Made by a program: the position numbers and the translations under genes. The notes under the pieces were generated by a model, which saw nothing but the letters and a program-made list of their open reading frames with translations, searched no databases and was not told where the DNA came from. From the NCBI GenBank assembly GCA_045837725.1, contig JBEWZL010000124.1:496001-560000 (forward strand): a stretch of 64,000 nucleotides of DNA, given 5' to 3'. The first letter of the stretch is position 1. Each line of letters begins with the position of its first letter. Source of the DNA: Vermamoeba vermiformis (taxonomy: Eukaryota). Of the stretch, positions 26,070-38,300 are shown in pieces.

Positions 26070-27148
26070 GAATGAAGAACTGAATCATTAGTCACGGCGC
26101 GTGACACTGAAGTCAGTCTCGAGAAGCCAAACGAGCCACCGAGCTGCTTATTGACAGCGGGCGTAGTACTGACAACTATGTTTGATGGCGCAAGCGCTGT
26201 CACTTCACTGGGCAAGCACGCGAAGGCTGAAACGATCCTTTATATCTGGGGACATCGTGACTGCCTGCCTCGTTGGGTACTTCAGCGTCAAAATCCAAGG
26301 CTATACAACAGCGCCCTCGAGTATATTAGCATATTCAACACCTTTATCGTAGAGCTACGGCCAAAGAATTAGAACACGATTAAAGCCATGCCGGGGAGAT
26401 GCGGAGTTCACTGCGAGAGATTAGTTTTGGAGCGAAGAAGACAAGACTGTCAGTCACTGGACACAAAACAGCAATATCGTATGTCATTGCAAGTACAACA
26501 AAGTTCAAAATTTTTAAATCAACGAACTTGCATACTAAATAACTGGTTCACGAGACATTCCTAGTTTTTTCTGGGCTATATTTGTCCAACTGCGTAACTG
26601 CGTAAAAACTAGTAAAATTGATGATAGGATGTAATACCATGCCAAAACACAAACTTTCCGTGGAGGCTCTTTGGCTGGGTAGATCCACGCGGATCACATC
26701 CGCGGGTCTCTTTTTAGCGGTTGAAGAGCAGACTGTACGCATTTGATGGCGAAACCTCGGTCAAGCTTGTAGGTCAACCACACTTACGCAATTACATCAT
26801 CTGTAACGTTGTAACGAGCTTATCCAGATTGAAGCCCAAATCGTTCGAAAGCACAATTGACTGCTGCCGTTTGCAGGAGGCAGAAGAATATACATTAGAC
26901 TAGATAGGGCACGGCAAGGAGCCTCGATTTGCGACTAGCGACCGATGCCCCTTCCATTTTTGGATACAGACTATTACCCGATTGGTCAGCACTATTTTAA
27001 GAGCGGCCAATTGAACCAATAGGCACCTCCCTAAAGAAATTTCTACAAGTACGAATTCTTGTCTGGAAAAAATTTGGCCGAATTTGATCGCGAAAGAATT
27101 TTTTTCTTTCAAACTCACATTTTCCGCACATAAACACAACACTTCAAG

Positions 27149-27292
27149 ATGGGAGGCACATCAAGCAAGACTCAAGTTTTTGGCGTCACTAACATATTCT
27201 ACGCAAACGATGACGACCTTACCAAGAAGGTCGACCCCGGAACTTCCAACACTCTGCCTACCACTTTAGATCCCGGTGCCTCCTCACCTTGA
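27149..27292 (+). CDS. Putative 47-aa micropeptide with N-myristoylation-like start (MGGTSSKTQVFGVTNIFYANDDDLTKKVDPGTSNTLPTTLDPGASSP)
   Basis: Intact ORF, A/C-rich leader, MGxxxS motif, paralogue at 20067. Confidence 0.45.
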   Translation: MGGTSSKTQVFGVTNIFYANDDDLTKKVDPGTSNTLPTTLDPGASSP

Positions 27293-27963
27293 GTCAGATG
27301 TAACATTAGTAGATGCTTGTATAAGGCATGACGTCAATATTGTAATTGTACTCTCAAATAAAATGACTTTGCACAAGTACATCCGCGCAACTAATTTGTA
27401 ACGGGACTACCGAAAATGTTCAAACTCGCTGTATTTTGCATTCCGTAGCGTTCTCAAGAAGCATATGGTGCTCAGGTTCTGCATTTTGTTCAAGTACAAT
27501 CTAACGTGCTTGAATGGACAGTTTATACGACGACATTTGGCTTCGGAATAGACCGGATCTCTGGTTATAGACGTGTCGCACAGAGGCTGGGTGTATCGCA
27601 AGAACTCAACGACGAACGGAAAAACTACTGGTTCCATCTGGATGGAAACCAAATGAAGTGTACTTCTTAGGTCGGATATGTTGCGTCACGACTCTAGTAC
27701 AAAACTTGCCCAGGAGGATTTTTGACCTTAACCACCAACTCCATTGCGTGCTTTAGAAATAAAATTTAACTAAATACTGTGAAACTATTGGCCGACGAAT
27801 GGACCAATCACATTTTAATGACCTAGTCACAAATAAATACGCAGCGGAGCAAAAACCCAGTACAAATCCAGAAAATACCAAGAACGTAAAATTTAAAAAC
27901 GTCATTCATTTTAAATTTGGAAGCACACGCACAAGAACAAGCACAAGCACAACAACAACAACA

Positions 27964-28122
27964 ATGAACTCACCGACACCCGGAATGCGTATAGTGGATG
28001 TTGAACCTGGCCAGAACTACCAACCCAAGCCGACTGGCGAGTTTATCAATTTCCTCGGCACCATCTTGTGGGTAGAAAAGGATGATGGCAAGGACCTGCC
28101 TCTACTCTCCTTCGATTGCTAG
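27964..28122 (+). CDS. Putative 52-aa micropeptide, copy B (MNSPTPG...PTGEFINFLGTILWVEKDDGKDLPLLSFDC)
   Basis: Leader acaacaacaacaATG; codon-level conservation with 20787-20945. Confidence 0.55.
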   Translation: MNSPTPGMRIVDVEPGQNYQPKPTGEFINFLGTILWVEKDDGKDLPLLSFDC

Positions 28123-28443
28123 TTACAACCGGACTTGGGCATCGACAAACCCATCTACTTCATCAAATGACTCCCTACTTGTGGTTTTGGCTGAGCCAAA
28201 TCAATATGCTATCTGTATTAGTGTGACGTTAGTAAATATGTATTCATTCAAATGGATGTTAAGTTTTCCGTTTCGTTCGTTGGCTCGTCGATTCAGATTA
28301 GCCGCTTCGTCATTAAACAGAAATTACTTTACGCATAGGCAAGGATACTAAGGCATGAACAGTTAACTCTTCGGAGAGAAATGTCGAAATGAAGGCTGTA
28401 CATATTAACGACAATAAACTTGTAAAACTCGGCTTTATGTTCT

Positions 28444-31400
28444 TCACCACTTAATTACTCTCTTTACATGGGACAATTCCTCGTCATACTCTTCTTGAGT
28501 TATAACTTGTTGTTCGAAAGTACTTCTTGACCCCAAAATTGATCCACCAATCCAAGCTGCGCGTCTTTCCGCCTGAATAATTTCGATCTTGGTCTTCGGT
28601 GCAAGTGCTTCCAGCTCTTTATGCAGGCGCTGAACCATACCTTTGAATCTAGTATTACCACCTACCAAGACGATGTTGCTGTAAAGTTCGCTTCGGATGG
28701 TCGGGTCACACTTTTGAATTGCTTTGTGGATCATCTGATGCATGCCAGGTATACTCGTTTTTCCGTTCAGGTGACGAAGCAAAGATGGTTTAAATAATGT
28801 CTCGGTGCATTGAAATCGAGCTGAGCTGATATAGATGATTGAACCATCTGGCATTTGGTGCGTCTCTTGTCTTATCGCTTGTCAGCTCTGTTTCATCAAT
28901 TGCCACTCGACCAAGCTTCTCTTTGATGTCATTTGCAGTATTAGGGTCGGCGTTAGGAATCAATACTGACAAATAGAATGCCACATCAATGCCACCAAGT
29001 TCGTAGACTCCAACAGCGTGAGAAATGCCATAGCCTTCGTAGATTGGTACTACTCGTGTGTAACTGTAGCCAGATTCCAAACAAGACCTGTACGACGACC
29101 AGTAGTGATCAGGGACAAGGCTGCTGTTGAAGTGAGGTGCAAAGCTGGGACATTGAAACCTCGTAACATGAGCCCAAGTAGTGTCTCTTTGTCTGCTTGT
29201 GATGTATCATGCGCGACAGCAAGCAAGACTGGGTACTTAGAAAGCCATTCGTTCACGTCAACTTCAATGCAAAGATCTTTCTGGAAGATGTCCCTCAACA
29301 TCATCTCAAAATCGTTTTGATTCGTCACCTTGCCATCTACCATGGAACGTCTCAATAACTTGTATCTCGAGCTTTGAACTTCGCTGCCAATGTACAATTT
29401 CCGTAGATCATCTGCGGGTGTAGCAAATCCACGTTTAATCTCTCCAACAAGGGCAGGGAATTGAACAACCGGGTATGAATCTCCTACTGCTCCTACATTG
29501 ATTGTAGACGAGTTGAGTGTGATGACAATTGCTCTCACTGAGTCGGGATCGCGGTCATTGAACGCGACAGGATAAATCAACCCCTTCTTCGGGTTTTCAG
29601 GCTCCGGCTCTGGTTCTGGCTCAAGTTCTGGCTCGGGCTTGGGGTCTTGATTTATCTTGGTGCTTAATGGCTGCACCGCTTTCACTTCGGGCTTTGGAGA
29701 CGCTACTTTAATCTCGGGCTTTGAAGGCTCAGCTTTAAGTTCGGGCTTTGGAGGTGCGACTTTGATTTCAGACTTTGGAGGCTCTGCTTTGGTCTCGGGC
29801 TTTGGAGGTTCTACTTTTACTACAGACTTTGGAGACTCTGCTTTAATTTCAGGTTTTGAAGGCTCTACTCTGACTTCTAACTTCGGAGGCTCTGATTTGA
29901 TCTCGGGTTTCGAATATTCCGCTTTAAGTTCGGGCTTCGGAGGTGCGACTTTGATATCAGACTTCGTAGGCTCTGCTTTTGGTTCGGGCTTCGGACTCTC
30001 TGCTTTAATCTCGGGCTTTGCAGGCTCCGCTTTGAGCTGAGGTGAAGATTTGGAAGGCGTCAATTTGTGAATTTCATTTTTCAACTGCTCGTTCTCTTGT
30101 TTAAGTCTTTGGCCGTCTTTCTGAGCGGTATCGAGACCACTCTTTACTGTTAAAATGTCTTGTTCGTACTGCTTGTTAGTTTGACGCAACTTGTTCAATT
30201 CGTTGTTCAGTTTGAGAATCTCGGCTTGACCTTCTTTCTTGAGCCTCTCAATCTCTAGTTTCTTTTGTTCGTCCTCTCGTGTCTTTTGTTCAACGAGCTT
30301 TCTGAGATCCAATTCGACTTTTTTGCTGGTCTCTAACTGTTCTTTGACTTTGGCATCGTTTGTTTGCATCTGCTCGATAGTGCGTTTGAGCGTAGTGATC
30401 TCTTCGTCCTTTCGCTGAACTAGCTCTTGCTGCGCTTGTTCGTTCCTATTGCTCGCAACTAATGACTCCTTCAGCTTTGTCTCGCGGACCGACATCTGAC
30501 TGATCTCCTCTCTCAGCGTTGCAATCTCAGTGTCTCGTTGTTTGCATAGCTGCTCGCTCTCATGAATCGTGTTCTGTAGCTCTAGTTCGACGTGCGTGAA
30601 CGATTCTAATCTTTGTTTCATCTTCGTCTCGTTGTCTCGTAGCTGTCGTATGGCCTCCTTAAGCCTGGTAATCTGGCCATCTTTCTGCTCTGCCAATGAC
30701 TGTGACTCTCGCTCTTCTTTCTTTTTCAACTCTAGTTGCGTAGCCAACTGATCACAGCGAAGTTTAAGCGCCGCTGCTTCTTTCTGGACCGCTGCCAAGT
30801 CGTCGCCCTGCTTCACGTAGTCAGCACACAACGAGTCGTAATCCTTCGTTTGCTTGAGCCAATCGATCTTTTGTTGGGCGTTAGTGTAGTCGATCTTCAA
30901 ATTGTCTAGCTGCTCGTGCAACTGTTCGATGTAGGCGACGTGCCTTTTGACCTCTTCAGTCCGATCTTGGTTCAATCGCTCGAGTTGTTTTATCGTAGCT
31001 CGGTAGCTGTCGCACTCGGCGCGCAGTTGTTCCATAGGCCTTAGTTGTTCCGCTTGAGAGTACGAGACACTGTCATTGAGCGCGATCGTGGACTGAGCAA
31101 TTTGAGAAGTACTTCTGGGCTTGGCGACTGCGCTAGAAGCTGCACCCGCAGTGTTGTTGGTTCTACTCGCTAATGCATGCAATCTATTCACCTTATTGCG
31201 CAAGTTCTTAACTCTCTCTTGTAACGCCAAGCTTAATTTCTTCATTTCGTCAGCTCCAAGTAAGTCATCAGATCCCACCACCGAGGAATCAAACTTTGAC
31301 CCAAAGTTATTAACTTCAAAGCCTTCGTCAATCATCATGCTTTCGCCTTGGGGTGACTCGCTCTAAAATTTGAAGTGTCAAAATTGCGAATCCGAAATAT

Positions 31401-31618
31401 ATATAAATAATTGCAATAATTACATTTAGTGACGTCTGTGGAGTGGTTCGCCTGTTGATTTTATTAGTATCAATGTTTAAGTATTAAATAATAACGTACT
31501 TTTGAATTCGCACCATTGCTTTCTGAGTAACTAGTTGGATCAGCAGCAAAGAGGAGACGGCCAACGCCGTAATTCCCCAGTAGTAGATAAACTCCACTTC
31601 CATTCCAAAATGTATCAT
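28444..31618 (-). CDS. N-terminal TM helix - long coiled coil - 9-aa K/P/E repeats - divergent actin domain; two 5' introns; frameshifts near 29080 and 28860
   Basis: Upstream exons splice in frame (YYWGITALAVSSLLLIQLV..IQK/RTTPQTSLN/SESPQGESMM); actin motifs FPALVG, FNVPALH, TGRRTGLV, VVPIYEGY, DIKEKL, MPDG, ELYSNIVLVGGNT, AWIGGSILGS, ITQEEYDE. Confidence 0.85.
29672..30035 (-). repeat. Coding tandem repeat of about 13 x 27 bp (KPEIKAESP-like)
   Basis: KPEIKAESP/KPEPKAEPT/KSDIKVAPP/KPELKAEYS/KPEIKSEPP/.../KPEVKAVQP. Confidence 0.9.
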
Positions 31619-31916
31619 GGTTGTTATAAAAAGTGAACAAGGGTAAAAAGAATAGCTCCGAAGAAAAAAAAGCAGTTTTCTACCGAAAGAATTTGACCGA
31701 AGAAATCTGAAGAATTCTTTTCCGCTCAGGAGCAAAACCTTCAACGGCATTAATTAAAGCAATATATATGACATCAATAAAGGTAATTCTTGCCTCGAGT
31801 AGAGCAAGCAGCTTTGATTTAGACCAAAGTCGGAAAAACTTGCAAAGTGAAGTTCGTAGTGGCCCTAACTGACATTATTAGTTCGAATAAGATTTATATA
31901 ACACAAAAATACAAGA

Positions 31917-32675
31917 CTTAAGCAGTCATCTGAGCGCCGCTGTTGTCGTTCAAGTTGGCCAATTGCAACGCTGCGTTCTTGCCCTTGATGCCTTCAGGGT
32001 CATTCGGTTTCACGGCAAGCGGTCTGTCGTACAATTCAACGCCACCGGACGCCGAGAGATGACAGCAGCGGCAGCGCAGGCCTCAGGCTCTTCAGGGAGC
32101 ACTCCAAGACAGCACATCGTCCAGACAGACACGGAAAACCACAGCACCCAACTCTGGCGGCAGAAGCGATGAAAAAGAACTGGCGCCGGGACACGAAGGA
32201 GGACTTCCAGGGAGAGGGGAAAAGAAAGGAAGAAATGGGGAGGGAAAAGAGGATGGGAGGAAAGAATAGAGAGGAAGAAATATAGAGAGAGGAAAAACGG
32301 ACTTAAAGGCCGTGGGGGCTAGAAGGAAATAAGGAGGGTAAAAAAAAAAAGATAGAAAAAAAGTGAGGGAAGAGGGCGGAGAGGAGGTGAGGAGGAGAGG
32401 GGGAGGGAGGTAGGGGAGGAAGGGGGAAGAGGGATAGCGAGTTAAGAGGGGAGAGGGAGGGAGAAAGAGGAGGAAGGCCAGCGGAAAAGAAGGGAGAAAG
32501 GAGAACCGAAGAAAAACTTTAGGAGAGCTGGGGCTGGGCACCAGAGAGGAGTTGGAGAGGTGGGGAAAAGAAAAAAAAGAGGGGACGCCCCTGCTAAAGA
32601 GGGAAGGGAAAAAAGGGGGGAGGCCGCGGAGAAGGGAGGGAAAGAAAGGAGGGGAAGGGAAGAAGAGGGAAAGGA
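31917..32675. other. Partial duplicate of the 3' end of the TPR gene, decaying into a G/A-rich low-complexity tract; probable assembly or basecalling artefact
   Basis: 31917-~32150 matches 32720-~32960 with progressively more errors; ~32200-32675 is almost entirely purines. Confidence 0.75.
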
Positions 32676-32720
32676 TCTCGCGTAGAGTAAATAAAGAATT
32701 TTAACATAATTTACAAGCCT

Positions 32721-34937
32721 TTAAGCAGTCATCTGAGCGCCGCTGTTGTCGTTCAAGTTGGCCAGTTGCAACGCAGCGTTCTTGCCCTTGATGCCTTCGG
32801 GGTCATTCGGTTTCACGGCGAGCAGTCTGTCGTACAATTCAACGCCCCCGTTGTAATCGCCGAGACTGACTGACAGTTCAGCGGCAAAGCGCAGTGCCTC
32901 AGGCTCTTCAGGGAGCATCTCCAAGACACGCTTGAAGCACTTGAGTGACTCGGCCTTGCGACCAGTGTTATATAATACAAAAGCCTTGTTGAACCAAATC
33001 GTGTAGTCGTCTGATTGGAGCTCCAAGGCCTTATCGAACAACTTGATGGCCTCTTCAGTCTTGCCCAAATGGTTGAATGCTGAAGCTTTCGTGGCCCAGG
33101 CGTACTCGTAGTTCGGATTCATTGAAATGGCGTGATCAGCTGCTTCAATGGCCTCAGCGTACTGCGACATCTTGATCAACATGTCAGCCTTGTCAGTCCA
33201 CAACAAGTATGACTTGTCGCGTTCTCCTTGCAAGATCAACGCGTGCTCAATTGATTGCAAAGCTTCGGCGTATCGTTGCTAAAAAGATACCGTTAGAGAA
33301 TGTTACGCTTGCGTTATTAGTCTAAAGCTTACCATCTTCTTGAGAACTTTAGCTTGCAATTGCCAAGCAGCAATGCTCTTCTCGTTCAATTTCAACAACG
33401 AGGTCAAGGTCTCCACTGCTTGCTCATTTTGACGACTAATAAATTGTTAGCCTGGCGCTAATGATCATAGGCCATCGATACGTACTCCATAAATAAGCAT
33501 GCAGCCTTGTTCAACAACAGTTCTTCGTTCTTTGAAGCACTGGGTGACAACTCAAGTTCTTTGTTGTAGCACTCCAGGGCCTGTTTCCAGTGACCCAACG
33601 AGTAATGAGCCTTCGCCTTGCAAGCCCAAACCTCAGCACTGTTGGGATGAATAGCAATTGCGGCATCAAGAGCATTGATTGCCTCAGCGTAGCGACCAGC
33701 GTCATCTGTGAGACGCGTTATTTCCAGTCATTTTTTGACACTTTGACACGTGTCATAACGAACTTACTATGAACCATGGCAACAATATGCTGTGCCTTCC
33801 AGTCCTTGGGGTTGAGTTCCAACGAGCGGTTGAATGCCTTAAGTCCTGCTTCACCGTCATCGAGCATCAACAAACAGTAACCCAAGCCAAAGTGCGCTTG
33901 GGCACAGTCAGGATCTAATTCAGAGGCCTTGGCGTAACATTCCTTAGCCTCGCTATAGTTCTTCTTGTCCATGTACAGCGTGGCCATTGTGTTCCACGCG
34001 TCAAAGTTCTTTGGATTCAACTCGGTGGCACGTTTCAGTTCGAGCAACGCGCCTTCAATTTTTTTCTTTACATATGTCAGTACGTGGTATAAATGTAGTC
34101 AACGCCTTCTCTTAATTACCTGGTAAATGAACACGATGCCCTTATTTGTGTGAGCACGATCGTAGTACGGATCGAGTCTCAAAGCAGTCACCAAACAATC
34201 CAAAGCTTCGTCGTACTTCTTCATACGAATATACGCAGAGGCTAAAAACAATGTCAACTATCTGAATATTATTAAATAATTATTGTAATTCGTACCTTTG
34301 TTATTGTACGCGATCGGGGTTCTGGAGTCGGTTGCTATCGCCTTGTCAAAGCATTCAATAGCTTCTTCAAATCTCTTTTGCTCCAATAATTCGTTACCAA
34401 TAGATATCCAAGCCTCTATAAATAAAGAATGAGAATTAATTCAGTTAAAGCAATAAAGATCAGATGAGCTCAACGGTTGGATAAGATCTTACCGAAAGCA
34501 AGAGGACGAGGAGGGTCTTTTTTAAATGACTTGCTAGTCTCCTTTGCATTGGGGTCAGGGCTCGCGAAGAATGTCCGCTCTGAAATTGTGTAAGACTAAT
34601 TTTCAGCGTGGAATTGGGATCAGCAGTTAAATAGGAATTTAATATCAATGATTGGTAGAAGGGATAATTCCAAAAATGGTAGTGTGTATTGGCAAATTGA
34701 ATTTTTTTAATTTAGACAATTATAGTAAGCGGATCTTGATTTTATGATAAAACGATAAATCGTAAACTTACTCTGAACGGTTCCAAAAACCTTCTTTGAT
34801 CCACGAGACGACAATAAATTATTTGTTCTAGTCAATGGATTCTTTTGGACATTGTTTTGACCTCGCGAAACTATGCGTGTGCTGAGTCCATCTACAGCTT
34901 CGGGAACACGTTTTAAATTCTGATAGATGGCACGCAT
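32721..34937 (-). CDS. Multi-TPR protein with possible mitochondrial presequence, multi-exon
   Basis: Many TPRs (AWISIGNELLEQKRFEEAIECFDKAI, AWATKASAFNHLGKTEEAIKLFDKAL); the basic Ser/Arg-rich first exon splices to ..VQKRTFFAS.. (5' exon less certain). Confidence 0.82.
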
Positions 34938-35308
34938 ATTGACAACTAGGAGGCTAACTGTTAAGGTAAGTATTGACTTCTGTTGTTATCTAGATGATGC
35001 TGATCAATGAATAAATCGGAGAACAACCGAAACAAAAATTTGCCATGTGGATCTATCCCGTAAATCTCGCAGCGCAACCTAAAATTCCAGATTCCATTTA
35101 AAACCTTTGCGTTATTGCTTCCTTATGAAAATGTAGCTTGTTTTTTTATTTTTATAGTAATGTACAATTTTACGACAAACGCAGAGCGGATCGCAAATCT
35201 AAGTCTCAAATAGCCCTCGCATTAGAGACCAGATCTACGACTTAAATATGTTAAATAATTCTTCGCTTTTGCCCTATAGTTTAGGACACCTACTTCTACT
35301 ATTTACTC

Positions 35309-38300
35309 CTATTTACTATTCTTCATTCCCACCTTGGCAGGCGCTTTCTTCGGCGTGCCATTGGTCAGCGGCACGGGTGCCTTTTTCACTGAACCAGGAC
35401 TGCCGTTCGGACTTGCGCTACCACCGTTGAGAGGTGAAGGAACGAGCGAAGAAGTCTTCTTGTGCCCAGTCTTCGGTGAGCTGACTTTGGGTGGTGCACT
35501 CATGCGCTGCCCACTGCCAGTGCCATTGAGAACGGGAGGAGGAGGCATGTGATCGGGTGGGGGTGGCTCGACTGCAATAGGAGGTGGCGGGGGCGGAAGT
35601 GTCAGCGAAGGGGGTTGCAAGCCGCCGTCATCTGATTGGGCAGAACTCTCGTCAAGTTCGTCGATCGGATCAGCTTGATACTTCTCCGTGGGTGGCTCAT
35701 CAGAACTTGAATCATCGCGATCATTGAAACTTGATCGTCGGTTGATATCATCGCTCTTGCCAGAGTTACCGAGCGAGGCACGGTTGATCCTGAAATAAAC
35801 AAATCAGTTTGATTCTCGATATCAAGTTCGAAATTAAATTTCGATAACACTTTCAGACCGCGCCGTTTACAATTATGATGATACTTACTTAGGTCTCGCG
35901 GTCGATGCCTTCGATTTGACACTTGAGTTGGCAGATCCAGCATTGTTAACTGCATTAGCCCATTGTTCCCGTAACCTCTGATCTGCTTGTTCGAGAACAA
36001 AGCCGTCAGGTTGTGTGGCCAAGAACTCCTTGACTTGCTTCTGTTGGTCTTCTTCCATAGCTTTGAGCTCACGGTTCTGCTTGTCGAGAATCTCTTGGTT
36101 AGCCTTCTTGAACCGCTCTTCAATCTCGTGCTTGGCTTGATCTTGCTCCTTTTGGTAGGCCGTGACCTCATCTTGCGCTCGCTCTTGGGTCTTCAAAAGT
36201 GTCAAGAACTCTTCAGTGTTTTGCATGTGCAAGGTGACCTCGTCGTTGTGTTGGTTCTCCAACAACGAGAGCTCGTCCTTGTGTTGTGAGGACATGATCT
36301 CCACTTGAAGTCTGTGCAGTTCTTTCATCAAGATGTAACGTTCAGTGAACAGTTCAATAGTGAGATTGTGCATGCGCTCCTTGTGGTCAGCCATCAACTT
36401 GGCAGTGGCTTCTTCTTGTTCGCGCAACATCTTCTCTTGGTCAGCAATCATTTCTTGCTTGACAACTTCCTTCTGTGACAAGTGGTGCTTTTGCAACAAC
36501 TCCTCTTCTTCCTTCTGTTGCTTGGCTTGACGTTTTCGGAACTCGTCTTCAGCCTTGCGTTGCTCCTCGTTGAACTCGTTCTTCTTCTTGTTGACTTCGT
36601 TCTTGATTTCATTAGGAGGTCGCTTGTTCTTCTTGCCCTTGGTCTCGATGTCCTTGATCATCTTCAAGAAGGCCTTGAGCTGATTGGCCTTGTTCTTGGC
36701 AAACTCCTTCTGTTCAGCGCGTTGGTCAGCCTTCAACAATCTGTTCTGTTGTGCAGATTCCAATTGCTGTTGCTTGCCCAATTGACCGAACTGGAGCTGT
36801 TGTTCTTTGTTCAAATGCTGCACCAACATGCTTCGCTTTTGGACCCAAGTTTCGGACTCAAAAGCTTGTTGCTCGCTCTCAACTTGAGTCATGAACTCGT
36901 GCTTCTCCTTAAGTTGAGCGTGTTGCTTTTGGCTCAGCTGCTCGAAGTGCATCCAGTAGAGCTTTTGGTACTCCTTCTCGGCGTTTTGTTGGAACACGTG
37001 CTGTTGCTCGAGCTTCTTGACGCGCAAACCCAATTGGAACTTGAGGTCGGCTTGTTCGCCCAACTGCTGCAAGTTCTTGTTGAAGTCATTGCGCTCGTTC
37101 TTGAGGGTCTTCTCTTTGTTTGTCTTTTCCTTCTTCTCCAACTTCTTGAGCTCGGACTTTTGTTGCTCGTATTGTTCAGTGTACTTGGCCAGGGCTTCCT
37201 TTCGCTTGACTTTTTGTTGATCACGGAAATCTCCCAATTCGTTCTTTTGCTTCTGTTTAATGTCGTTCAGCAACTGACCTTCTTCCTTCTGAGAAGATCG
37301 CTTGTTCGAACGTCGATCGTTGCTCTGACTAGCAGTGAGGGTGTCAACATCAGTGGTGTGTTGCTTGACCATCCTCTGCAACTTCATGTTATTGTTACGA
37401 TCGTTGTTTTGAGTAGTCGACTCAGCCTTGGAGTCAAAAGTTTCAGCGTCCTTCTTGTTCGTTGTTTTCAAGCGGTCAAACTCGCGCTCGTGCAACTTTC
37501 GTTGCGTGGCCAATTCCTTCAAGTGCTGCTTGACGATGTCCTTGTTCATCATCTTTTCTTGTTGGATTTCCTGTTCGCGCTTGGTCATATTGTTAGGACG
37601 AAGTGTGGGACGCTCCTTAGGACGAGAAATAGGTTTCTTGGGAGTCATGTCACCAACACTGTCACCCTCAATAGCCTTCAAGATGTTCTTGTCTTCGTCG
37701 ATGTCATTGTTGATGAAGTTCTTCTTGGCGAAGGTAGGAGGTGGAGGAGGTGCCGCGTGAGTGGGCTTAGAAACTGACTGTTGACGCACGTGTGGTTTAG
37801 GCTCGTGCTTGGGTTCAACATGCTTCTCGGGCTTCTTTTCTTCGACGGGCTTTGGAATCTCGACAGGCTTCTCGGGTTTCTTTTCTTCATGCTTCTTGTC
37901 CTCACTAGTCTCCGAATCGATTTTTTGTTTCTCCGCAGCTGCACGGGCAGTCTCTTCAAAAGAACCACTGACACCGCTGTTCTCGGGACTTTCTTCCTTG
38001 TCATCATCCTTCTCCTAGTATCAATTGACGGTTATTTTCGTCCAGTTAGGTGACACAAGCTAGTGCACGAGAACTTACGCCTTCATCTGAAGATTCAATT
38101 GCCTTTTTAGCCTCAGCTTCTTGTTCTTCTTGTGCCACACGTGTTTTAGCAGCGCGAGCTTGACCGAGCAATTCCAAAAAGATGCCCTTGTCTTTGCAAG
38201 TAGCAACGAAAGGATGCTAAGAACATCGTTAATATACCTATATTAATCACGCCAATTAGCAGCATAAACTTACTGATAAAAGTTCAGTTGCGCTCTTACG

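Larger units (their letters stand above)
24785..28312 (+). repeat. Segmental duplication, copy B (~3.5 kb) with two insertions and an inversion relative to copy A
   Basis: Collinear with 18085-21150; extra sequence at ~26620-27068 and ~27481-27594. Confidence 0.93.

Noticed and set aside
32092-32675. Purine-rich tract and the F/L/P/S-rich ORF 32092-32541 as a triplex or G4 element or a protein
   Set aside because: It grades continuously out of a corrupted copy of the adjacent TPR gene end, which is typical of a low-quality long-read segment.
36482-37777. 431-aa Leu-rich plus-strand ORF
   Set aside because: Antisense shadow of the Q/K/E coiled-coil exon of the kinase.
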